From the IMG/VR virus record IMGVR_UViG_3300032242_000550, positions 91,160 to 155,159 of that record: a DNA stretch of 64,000 bases; one strand, 5' to 3'. Source of the stretch: a virus. The notes beneath the pieces are model-generated. The model ran no database searches. It worked only from the letters and a program-made list of their open reading frames with translations, and was not told the DNA's origin. This document shows, in pieces, positions 17,946 through 28,200 of this stretch. The position numbers and the translations under genes are program-made. Every line of letters begins with the position of its first letter. Position 1 is the stretch's first letter.

Positions 17946-20900
17946 ATGGCAATTAAAGCATTCAACTCAGTAGCTGGTTTTTCCGTAGGTGAAATACCCG
18001 CAAATATTATTCTAGCAAACGGCGATATAACGTCCGGTAATGGCACTTTTACTGCAAATATTACTGCAGGTAATGTCAAAACTGATAATCTGTTATATGC
18101 TAACGGAACACCCTGGGATTTTCAATTACCCGGTGGGTCAAATACATATGTTCAGTTTAATGATAACGGTGATTTTGGCGGTAGTGCTAACTTTATCTTT
18201 AATAAGTCAACTAGTATCCTGACTGTTACTGGTAATATTGCAGCTACGAATATCAATGCTGGAAACTTATTAACTGCTAACTATACAAATGCTGTATTAA
18301 CAACTGCCGCTCAACCAAATATTACTAGTGTTGGTACACTAACTGGTTTAGTTGTAGGTAATAGTACAGCTAATGTAACATTTAATACCAGTGGTAATGG
18401 TAGTTTAACTGCTACAGGTAATATCAGTGCTTCAAACTTCATTGGTAACGTTGTTGGTAATATTTCAGGTAATATTGTTATCCCTGGTTCTAATACAGGT
18501 GTTGTGTTTAATGACCAAGGTAATGCTAATACAAGTACAGCATTCACTTTTGATAAAGTAAGTAATGTAGTCAACATTACAGGTAATGCTAATGTTGGTA
18601 ATTTAACAACTACAGGTACTGTATTTGCCCCAGCAGTAGTTCAAAACGCAAGTACATATGATACACGTGTTACATTAACTAGTAGTTCTGGTATAATTGA
18701 AGCAAATACTAATGGTAATGCTACCCAATTCTTACCAACTGGGGCAATACGTTTACCAGCATCCGGTACGATTCAGGCTAACACATCTGATGGTAGTCAA
18801 ATTGTATTACAGGGTGATGCTTCTATCAAGCAATTACGTGGTGGTAATGTAACAATCCAAACAGGTACAGGTGGTACAACTGCTAATACTTGGACATTTG
18901 CACAGAGTGGTGCATTTATTGCCCCGGGTAATATCACTACAACAGCTAATGCTAACGTTGGTAATTTAAACACAAGTGGCACAGCTAATATTGGTGCTTT
19001 AGTAATTTCAGGAACTACTCAAGGTAATTTAATACCTTCAGTAAGTAATACATATAGTTTGGGTAACTCAACAAACTATTGGAAAGATTTATTCTTGTCT
19101 GGTACAACTATTACTATTGGTAGTCAGACAATTTCTTCAAATGCATCTGGTATAGTTATTTCTAATATACTATACACTTCAACTCTTAATACATCAGCTA
19201 ATGCAAACGTTGGTAATTTAGGTACAAGTGGTTTAATTGTTGCTACTGGTAATATTACCGGCGGTAATTTAATAGGACCGCATGCAAATGGTAATAGTAA
19301 TGTTAATATTGCAACTGCAAATGGTAATATCACATTAACTGCTGTTGGTAATACAACGATGACAGTATCTGGTACAGGTGCAAATATCACAGGTACTGCA
19401 AATGTTACAGGTAATGCTAACGTTGGTAACTTAGGTACAACTAATTTAGTTGCATCAGGTACAGGTAGTTTTGGTGCTAATGTAAACATGAACAATTATT
19501 GGATAAACAACGTTGGTTATCCAAGTCTATCAACTGATGCGGCAACTAAAGCATATGTTGATAATATGGTATCAAGTGGTATTAATTATCACGCTCCAGT
19601 TAATGTCGCAACTACAACTACACTAGCAACAGCTACAGGCGGTACAATATCATACACACAACCAAATGGCGCAGCCAATGGTATTGGTGCATATATTAGC
19701 ACAACTGGTACATTTACAAATATTGACGGTGTTAATATTGCTTCAGCAGGTACACGTATCTTAGTTAAAAATGAAGCTAATTCTGTGTTTAACGGTGTAT
19801 ACAACTACACAAACGCAACTGCTATTACAAGAACTACTGATACTGACGAATACGGCCCAGATAGTGTAGAACAGTTTAGTGTTAACGATTACTTCTTCAC
19901 ACAATCAGGTACAATTAATAAAGGTACATCCTTTGTAGTAAGTGCGCCAACTGGAGTAATTACATTTGGTACTTCAAACATTGAATTTAGTATTTTCAGT
20001 ACTAGCCAAGTTTATAGTGCAGGTACTGGTATTGATATTACCGGTACTACTATCAGCATAGCTAATACTGCAATAACTGCTGGTTCATATGGTAATGGTG
20101 ATCGTGTAGCAACATTCACAGTTAACAATCAAGGTCAACTAACTGCCGCAAGTAACACAGCTATAACAGCAAATGCGGCTAACTTGACAGGCACAACTCT
20201 TGCTGGTACTATCGTTAATAGCTCATTAACAAGTGTTGGCAGTTTAACAGGACTAACTGTAAGCAATGCAACTGGTGTAGTTAACTTTACAACTACATCT
20301 AATGTTACATTGGGTGCAGTAGCTAATTTACATATCTCTGGTGGTACTAGTGGTTATGTATTACAAACAGATGGTTCAGGTAATTTAAGTTGGGTTGGTA
20401 TCAACTCAGCAGGTGTCAGTAATGGTAACAGTAATGTAAGTATCCCAGTAGCAAATGGTAACGTTAATATTAGCGCAGCCGGTAATGCTAATGTATTGGT
20501 AGTTACAGGTACTGGCGCAAACGTTACTGGTAATGCAAACATTACAGGTAACTTAAGTTTAGGTAGTGGGTCAGGTGGTAACTTAACAGGCGCTAATAAC
20601 ATTAGTGCTAACACATTCACTGGTACACTAACAACTAATGCACAACCAAATATTACAAGTGTTGGTACACTAACAAGTTTAGCTGTTACAGGTAATATCA
20701 CTGGTGGTAATGCTAACGTTACTGGTCAATTAATTTCTACAGTCGCTACAGGTACAGCTCCATTAGTAGTTACATCAACTACAACAGTTGCTAACTTGGC
20801 AGCAGCCACAGCAACAACAGCTGGTACAGTTACAACGGCAGCACAGCCAAATATTACAAGTGTTGGTAGTTTAACAGGACTAACAGTAAGCAACGCAACT

Positions 20901-23630
20901 GGTGTAGTTAACTTTACAACTACTGCTAACGTAACATTAGGTGCAGTTGCTAACTTACATATCTCTGGTGGTTCAAGTGGTTATGTACTACAAACAGATG
21001 GTTCTGGTAATCTAAGTTGGGTTGGTATTAGTTCATCTAGTATCAGTAACGGAAATAGTAATGTAAGTATTCCAAGTAGTAATGGTAATGTTAATATTAG
21101 TGCTGTAGGTAATGCAAACGTTGTTGTAGTTACAGGAACTGGTGCAAATATCACTGGTACATTGAATGTTACTGGTAACTTAACAGCAGGTAACGTTGTT
21201 GCAGGTAGCGGTGGTGGTGGTAACATTACTGGTGCTAACTTAGTATCAGCAAACTACTTCACCGGTACATTAACAACTGCGGCACAGCCAAACATTACAA
21301 GTGTTGGTACATTAACAAGTTTAGCTGTAACAGGCAACATTACAGCAGGTAATGCTAATGTAACTGGTCAATTAATTTCTACAGTTGCTACAGGTACTGC
21401 TCCATTCGTAGTTACATCAACTAGCCAAGTTGCTAACTTGAATGTAGCGAATGCAGGTACTGCAGTTGTTGCAGGTACTGTAACTACAGCGGCACAACCA
21501 AATATCACTAGTGTTGGATCATTAACTGGATTGACAGTAAGTAATGCAACTGGTGTGGTTAACTTTACAACTACAGCTAACGTCACATTGGGCGCTGTAG
21601 CTAATTTACATATTTCAGGTGGTACAAGTGGTTACTATCTACAAACAGACGGATCTGGCACATTAACTTGGGCAGCTGTTCCAGTTGGCTCAGGCATTAG
21701 TAACGGTAACAGTAATGTAAATATTCCGGTTGCTAATGGTAATGTTAATATTACTGCAACAGGTAATACTACATTAGTTGTAACAGGAACTGGTGCAAAT
21801 ATCGCTGGTACATTAAACGTTACTGGTAATGCTACAGTTGGTAATCTTACAACTGCTGGTGGTTCAGGTGGTAACATTAGCAATGCTAACGTTATTAGTG
21901 CAAACACATTCACAGCAAGTGGTAACATCACAGCTGGTAATGCTAACGTAACTGGTCAATTAATTTCTACTGTATCAACAGGTACTGCTCCATTAGTAGT
22001 TACATCAACTACACAAGTTGCTAACTTAAACGTAGCAACAGCAGGTACTGCAGGAACAGTAACAACAGCGGCTCAACCAAATATTACAAGTGTTGGTACA
22101 TTAACAAGTTTAGCTGTTACAGGTAACGTTACAGCTGGTAACTTAATAGGTGTATTTGCTAATGGTAATAGTAACGTAAATATACCGGCAGCTAATGGTA
22201 ACGTTAATATCAGTGCTGTTGGTAATGCAAACGTTGTTGTAGTTACAGGTACTGGTGCAAACGTTACTGGTACATTGAATGTTTCAGGTAACGCTACTGT
22301 TGCTAATTTGATATCAAGCGGTGGTTCAGGTGGTACTATCTCTGGTGCTAACTTAGTATCAGCAAATTACTTCACCGGTACATTAACAACTGCGGCTCAG
22401 CCAAATATTACAAGTGTTGGTACATTAACTAGCTTAACAGTATCTGGTACAACTAATTTAGGTGCTGTAGGTAATGTTACAATTACAGGCGGTTCAAGTG
22501 GTTATGTATTAAGTACAAATGGCGCAGGTGGACTAAGTTGGGTTGGTATTAGTTCATCTAGTATCAGCAATGGTAACAGTAATGTAAATATACCAAGTGC
22601 TAACGGTAATGTTAATATCAGTGCAGTTGGTAATGCAAACGTTGTTGTTGTAACTGGTACAGGTGCAAACATCACTGGTACATTGAATGTTACTGGTAAT
22701 GCTACAGTTGGTAACTTAACAACAGGTGGTTCTGGTGGTAACATCTCTGGTGCTAATAACATCAGTGCTAATACATTCACTGGAGTACTAACAACTAATG
22801 CTCAACCAAACATCACAAGTGTTGGTACACTAACAAGTTTAGCTGTAACAGGTAATGTTACTGCAGGTAATGCTAATGTAACAGGTCAATTAATTTCTAC
22901 TGTATCAACAGGTACTGCACCGTTCGTAGTTACATCAACTACAACAGTTGCTAACTTGTCAGTAGCTAGTGCAACAAGTGCTGGATCAGCAACAACTGCT
23001 GGTACTGTAACGACTGCGGCACAGCCAAATATTACAAGTGTTGGTACACTAACTAGTTTAGCTGTAACGGGTAATATTACAACTGGTAACATAATAGGTG
23101 TACATGCAAATGGTAACAGTAATGTAAATATTCCAAGTAGTAATGGTAACGTTACTATTAGTGCTGTAGGTAACGCTAATATAGTAGTTGTTACTGGTAC
23201 AGGTGCAAACATTAATGGTTATGCAAATGTTTCGGGTAATATTAATGTTGGTAATTTAGTTACAACAGGTGTTGCAGTTGCTAATTCGGGCGTACTGATT
23301 GGTAACAGTGCAATTTACTATGGCAATTTAACAACAACAGCGACAACAGCAAATCAAACAATAGCAACAATGACAGTTTCTGGATCATATGTAACAGGAG
23401 TAGAATATTTAGTTAAAGGGGTGGATGCTACCGGTACTAAATACAGTGTAGCTACAGTAGTAGCAGTTACGAATGGAACGACCGCAGATTATTCTACTTT
23501 TGCGACAGTTAATTTAGGAGGATCAACAGGTACCCTATCAGTTAACATTTCGGGAAGTAATATTGCATTGCAAGTAACTCCTGCAAGTAGTAACTCAACT
23601 GTGTGGACTACGCAATATAGGATGATTTAA
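17946..23630 (+). CDS. Long tail-fibre-like structural protein 2
   Basis: Same repeat modules; similar N-terminus (FNSxxGxSxG) and ~95-aa C-terminal domain as ORF 13171; GATAAATA at 17917-17924. Confidence 0.75.
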   Translation: MAIKAFNSVAGFSVGEIPANIILANGDITSGNGTFTANITAGNVKTDNLLYANGTPWDFQLPGGSNTYVQFNDNGDFGGSANFIFNKSTSILTVTGNIAATNINAGNLLTANYTNAVLTTAAQPNITSVGTLTGLVVGNSTANVTFNTSGNGSLTATGNISASNFIGNVVGNISGNIVIPGSNTGVVFNDQGNANTSTAFTFDKVSNVVNITGNANVGNLTTTGTVFAPAVVQNASTYDTRVTLTSSSGIIEANTNGNATQFLPTGAIRLPASGTIQANTSDGSQIVLQGDASIKQLRGGNVTIQTGTGGTTANTWTFAQSGAFIAPGNITTTANANVGNLNTSGTANIGALVISGTTQGNLIPSVSNTYSLGNSTNYWKDLFLSGTTITIGSQTISSNASGIVISNILYTSTLNTSANANVGNLGTSGLIVATGNITGGNLIGPHANGNSNVNIATANGNITLTAVGNTTMTVSGTGANITGTANVTGNANVGNLGTTNLVASGTGSFGANVNMNNYWINNVGYPSLSTDAATKAYVDNMVSSGINYHAPVNVATTTTLATATGGTISYTQPNGAANGIGAYISTTGTFTNIDGVNIASAGTRILVKNEANSVFNGVYNYTNATAITRTTDTDEYGPDSVEQFSVNDYFFTQSGTINKGTSFVVSAPTGVITFGTSNIEFSIFSTSQVYSAGTGIDITGTTISIANTAITAGSYGNGDRVATFTVNNQGQLTAASNTAITANAANLTGTTLAGTIVNSSLTSVGSLTGLTVSNATGVVNFTTTSNVTLGAVANLHISGGTSGYVLQTDGSGNLSWVGINSAGVSNGNSNVSIPVANGNVNISAAGNANVLVVTGTGANVTGNANITGNLSLGSGSGGNLTGANNISANTFTGTLTTNAQPNITSVGTLTSLAVTGNITGGNANVTGQLISTVATGTAPLVVTSTTTVANLAAATATTAGTVTTAAQPNITSVGSLTGLTVSNATGVVNFTTTANVTLGAVANLHISGGSSGYVLQTDGSGNLSWVGISSSSISNGNSNVSIPSSNGNVNISAVGNANVVVVTGTGANITGTLNVTGNLTAGNVVAGSGGGGNITGANLVSANYFTGTLTTAAQPNITSVGTLTSLAVTGNITAGNANVTGQLISTVATGTAPFVVTSTSQVANLNVANAGTAVVAGTVTTAAQPNITSVGSLTGLTVSNATGVVNFTTTANVTLGAVANLHISGGTSGYYLQTDGSGTLTWAAVPVGSGISNGNSNVNIPVANGNVNITATGNTTLVVTGTGANIAGTLNVTGNATVGNLTTAGGSGGNISNANVISANTFTASGNITAGNANVTGQLISTVSTGTAPLVVTSTTQVANLNVATAGTAGTVTTAAQPNITSVGTLTSLAVTGNVTAGNLIGVFANGNSNVNIPAANGNVNISAVGNANVVVVTGTGANVTGTLNVSGNATVANLISSGGSGGTISGANLVSANYFTGTLTTAAQPNITSVGTLTSLTVSGTTNLGAVGNVTITGGSSGYVLSTNGAGGLSWVGISSSSISNGNSNVNIPSANGNVNISAVGNANVVVVTGTGANITGTLNVTGNATVGNLTTGGSGGNISGANNISANTFTGVLTTNAQPNITSVGTLTSLAVTGNVTAGNANVTGQLISTVSTGTAPFVVTSTTTVANLSVASATSAGSATTAGTVTTAAQPNITSVGTLTSLAVTGNITTGNIIGVHANGNSNVNIPSSNGNVTISAVGNANIVVVTGTGANINGYANVSGNINVGNLVTTGVAVANSGVLIGNSAIYYGNLTTTATTANQTIATMTVSGSYVTGVEYLVKGVDATGTKYSVATVVAVTNGTTADYSTFATVNLGGSTGTLSVNISGSNIALQVTPASSNSTVWTTQYRMI

Positions 23631-24880
23631 TGACATTAAAGGCACTCAATTCGGTATACGGATATAGCGTTGGTACGCCCGGTGGCGTGTCCAGCGTTAT
23701 TGATGCTAGCGGAAATCTTTTAAATACTTCTGCCAATACATTGTATGTAGGTAAGAACGGTAATGATAGTAATAACGGTAGTATTAACAATCCATTTTTA
23801 ACTATTAAAGCCGCATTGGCTGCAGCCTCAGCCGGTGGTTATTCAGTACATGTAGCACCCGGTACCTACACCGAAGCAAATCCCATTACGATACCATCAA
23901 ACGTATCATTAATGGGTGATAATTTAAGAAACGTAACAGTAATACCACAAACTCCAGCAAGTGATTTGTTTTATGTAACTAGTGGTTGTTATGTTTGGGG
24001 AATTACAATTAAAAACTATACAGCTAATGGATTTAGTTTTAACCCATCAACTCCTACACAAAACGTATATGTAAGCCCATATATACAGAATTTAACATCT
24101 AGCACTACTACAGGTACCGCAGTATATATTGATGGTAATAATGTAAGTAGTACCAGTACTAAGGCAATGATTGTTGGATTCTTTACCATTATTAATCAAG
24201 GTGGACAAGGTATACATGTTTTAAATTCAGGATACACTCAATTAGTTAACATATATACCATTGCATGTGATATTGGTATACATGTAGAGTCCGGTGGATT
24301 TTGTACATTAAATGGTAGTGATTGTTCAATTGGTAATTATGGTTTAGTAGCTGAAGGTTATGGACCACTACAAACATCTGGTTCATTAGTATCACAAACA
24401 AATGGTGTATTTATAATAGATACTTTAACTAATGGTCAACCACATGTAAATACTATTATGATTATTGATGGGGATTCTACGTATTATACGATTGATACTA
24501 TACTACCTAATCAGCCTAGTGCTGGAAAATCAACAGTTGTGATACAACAGATATATACTAAAACACCTTCTGCCGGAACAACAGTTTCATTTTATACTAG
24601 AAGTTCAATTATAGCCAGTGCTCATACGTTTGAATATGTTGGTGCAGGAACTAATCCAGCTACTGCATTACCGCAATATGGCGGTATACCAATTGAAGCT
24701 AATGAAGTTACAGCTACTGGTGGCGGGGTAATAACATTTACAAGCACAGATCAAAAGGGAAATTTTAAAGTTGGCCAAGGGTTTACTATCAATCAAGCTA
24801 CAGGAACTATTACCGGTAATGACTTTTATGAAAGTTTATTTGCCCAAATGACTCCGTTTATATTAGCACTGGGTTATTAA
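23630..24880 (+). CDS. Right-handed beta-helix (pectin-lyase-like) virion protein
   Basis: LYVGKNGNDSNNGSINNPFLTIKAAL...VHVAPGTYTE...GDNLR; start overlaps the upstream stop (TAATG). Confidence 0.7.
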   Translation: MTLKALNSVYGYSVGTPGGVSSVIDASGNLLNTSANTLYVGKNGNDSNNGSINNPFLTIKAALAAASAGGYSVHVAPGTYTEANPITIPSNVSLMGDNLRNVTVIPQTPASDLFYVTSGCYVWGITIKNYTANGFSFNPSTPTQNVYVSPYIQNLTSSTTTGTAVYIDGNNVSSTSTKAMIVGFFTIINQGGQGIHVLNSGYTQLVNIYTIACDIGIHVESGGFCTLNGSDCSIGNYGLVAEGYGPLQTSGSLVSQTNGVFIIDTLTNGQPHVNTIMIIDGDSTYYTIDTILPNQPSAGKSTVVIQQIYTKTPSAGTTVSFYTRSSIIASAHTFEYVGAGTNPATALPQYGGIPIEANEVTATGGGVITFTSTDQKGNFKVGQGFTINQATGTITGNDFYESLFAQMTPFILALGY

Positions 24881-24899
24881 GAAGAAATAAAGGAAAATC

Positions 24900-25235
24900 A
24901 TGCCAGCAGCATTAAATAATTTTAAAACAACATTAGCAAATATAACAACTACAACTGCTAATGTTTATACTCCACCTGTGGGATATGCCACAGTAGTTTT
25001 AATGGCGCAGGTAAGTAACAAAGGTTCGGGCACTATTCAAATAACTGCCAACGTGTATAGAAGTGGAGCTACCACATCATTAATTAATCAAGCGAGTATA
25101 CCGGTTAATGATGCTATTAGTGTATTGACAGGGAGATTGATTTTAAATTACGGAGATACGCTACAATTTGTTAGTAGTGATAATACTAGCGCACAACTAG
25201 TTTTAAGTTATTTAGAAACATTGATAACAGGATAA
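24900..25235 (+). CDS. Small beta-rich structural protein, 111 aa
   Basis: VYTPP..ATVV..QVSN...IPVNDA..LILNYGDTL; resembles ORF 30037; AAGGA RBS. Confidence 0.6.
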   Translation: MPAALNNFKTTLANITTTTANVYTPPVGYATVVLMAQVSNKGSGTIQITANVYRSGATTSLINQASIPVNDAISVLTGRLILNYGDTLQFVSSDNTSAQLVLSYLETLITG

Positions 25236-25236
25236 T

Positions 25237-28200
25237 ATGGCAAATCCACCTAAATTACTAAGTGGTCGTGTACCGGTTACGCCATACAGTAATCTATCAA
25301 GCGACCGATATCAATTCTTAAATCTCTCAGATGCAGAGCCAAGTCTTAGTTCCGGCACAGCTAATTCAGTACTAACATTAGGCACTAGCAATGCTAGGGT
25401 ATGGAGTAGTTCGGTTAATCTAACTTCAGCTAATATATCTGGTAATATAACATCTGGTAACGCTAATCTAGGTAACGTAGTAATTGCTAATTATTTTTCT
25501 GGTAATGGTAGTTTACTAACAGGAATTACAGTAAGTGCTGGTAATAGCATTGTAAATGGCAATAGTAATGTTTCAGTTGTTGCTAATAGTAATGTTAACA
25601 TCAGTGCTGTAGGCAATGCTAACGTAGTTGTAATTACTGGTACTGGGTTAGTAGTTAATGGAACAGCCAATATAAGTGGTAACTTATCTTCTGGTAATGC
25701 TAATTTAGGTAATGTTGCTAGAGCCAATTATTTTATTGGTAGTGGCAATAATTTAAGTAACATTCAAGGAGCTAATGTCTCTGGTGCAGTTAGTTATGCA
25801 ACAACTGCTAATAGTGTAGCTGGTGCTAATGTAAGTGGTACTGTAGCTAATGCAACATATGCAACTACATCAGGATATGCTACATCTGCAGGTAGTGCAA
25901 CAAATGCAACTACAGCAGGATATGCTACAACTGCAGGTAGTGCGTCATCAGCAGACACCGCATTGACGGCAGCAACAGTTACTACTAATGCACAACCCAA
26001 TATCACTAGTACCGGTACACTAACATCATTAAGTGTATCCGGTAATGCTAATACAGGTAATCTAGGTACAAATAACTTTATCGCTACTGGTACAGGTAGT
26101 TTTGGTGCTAATGTTAACATGAACAGTAACTGGATAAACAATGTTGGTTATCCAAGTTCAAACACAGATGTAGCAACAAAACTATATGTTGATACAATGA
26201 TATCAAGCGGTATTAGTTATCATCAACCAGTATTAGCCGCTACTACAACTACATTGGCAACTGCTACAGGTGGTACAACAGCATATAACTCACCAAATGG
26301 TGCAGCAAATGGTATTGGTGCTTACATTAGTACAACCGGTACATTCAACTTAATTGACACAGCAAATGTACAAACTGTGGGTACACGTATCTTAGTTAAG
26401 GATGAAGCTAATGCAGCTTGGAACGGTATCTATACATATGCTAATACAACTGCTATTGTTCGTTCTACTGATACAGACGAATATGGACCAGACAGTGTAG
26501 AACAACTAAGTATCAATGATTATTTCTTTGTTCAAAGTGGTGTGGTTAATAAAGGTGTGGCATATGTTGTTAGCTCACCGGCAGGTATTATCACATTTGG
26601 TACTAGTAATATTGTATTTGCTCAATTTAGTACAAGTCAAGTTTATAGTGCTGGTACTGGATTAACATTAACAGGAACCACATTTAGTGTAAATGCAAGT
26701 CAAACACAAATTACAAGTGTTGGTACATTAGGTAGTTTAGCCGTAACTGGAAATATAACATCAGGTAATGCTAACTTAGGTAATAATGTAACTGCTAATT
26801 ACTTTACTGGTAACGGTGTATACTTAACTGGTATCACTACATCCGGTATATCAAATGGTAATAGTAACGTAAACATTCCAAGTAGTAACGGAAATGTTAA
26901 TATTAGTAGTGCAGGTAACGCTAATATTGTAGTTGTTACTGGAACTGGCGCAAACATCAACGGTACATTGAATGTTACCGGTACAGCTACTGTTGGTAAC
27001 TTAGTTGCCGGTGGCTCTGGTGGTAATATCAGTAATGCAAACGTTATTAGTGCAAATACATTTATAGCTACTGGCAATATTACAGCCGGTAATGCTAATT
27101 TGGGTAATAGTGTAACAGCAAATTATTTCATTGGTAATTTTTATGGTACAGCTAATATTGCTACCACTGCAGGAACAGTAACAACGGCAGCTCAGCCAAA
27201 TATAACAAGTGTTGGTACATTAACTGGATTAACAAGTACGGGTACTATTAACTTAACTAGTGCAAGTAATGTAGCATTAGGACCAGTAGCCAATGTACAT
27301 ATTACAGGTGGTAGTTTAGGACAATATTTACAAACAGATGGTTCTGGTACACTAAGTTGGGTAAGCATAAGTTCAAGTTCTACACTAGCTAATGGTAATA
27401 GTAATGTAAATATTCCAGCAGCAAATGGCAATGTTAATATATCTAGTGCAGGTAATGCTAATATTGTAGTAGTTACTGGTACAGGTGCGAACATCACTGG
27501 TACATTAAATGTTACGGGCAATGCTACAGTTGGTAATATTATTACAGGTGCAGGATCAGGTGGTAACATCACTGGTGCTAATGTTATATCAGCTAATACA
27601 TTGAGTATTAGTGGTAACATAACATCCGGCAATGCTAATTTAGGTAATGCAGCCATAGCTAACTATTTCATTGGTAGCGGTGCTAATTTAACAAATATAC
27701 CTGGTGGAAATGTTGCTGGTCAAGTATCTAATTCATTAATTGCAAGCACTGTATATACTAACGCACAACCAAATATAACAAGTACTGGAACATTAGTTAA
27801 TCTAATTGTTTCTGGTAATGTTGCCTTTAGTGGCGCTAACGTAAGTTTAGGTAGTGTTTCTAATCTACATATTACTGGTGGTAGTGCTAATTATATTTTA
27901 CAAACAGATGGCGCCGGTACTCTATCTTGGGCAGCTGCCGCTAGTGGTAGTAACATCAGTAATGGTAATAGTAACGTAAACATTCCATCAGCTAACGGCA
28001 ATGTTAATATATCTAGTGCAGGTAACGCTAATATTGTAGTAGTTACTGGTACAGGTGCAAATATCAGTGGTACATTAAATGTTTCAGGTAACGCTACTGT
28101 TGGTAATATTATTACAGGTGCAGGATCAGGTGGTAACATTAGTGGAGCCAATAACGTTAGTGCTAATACGTTCACCGGTACACTAACAACAGCCGCACAA

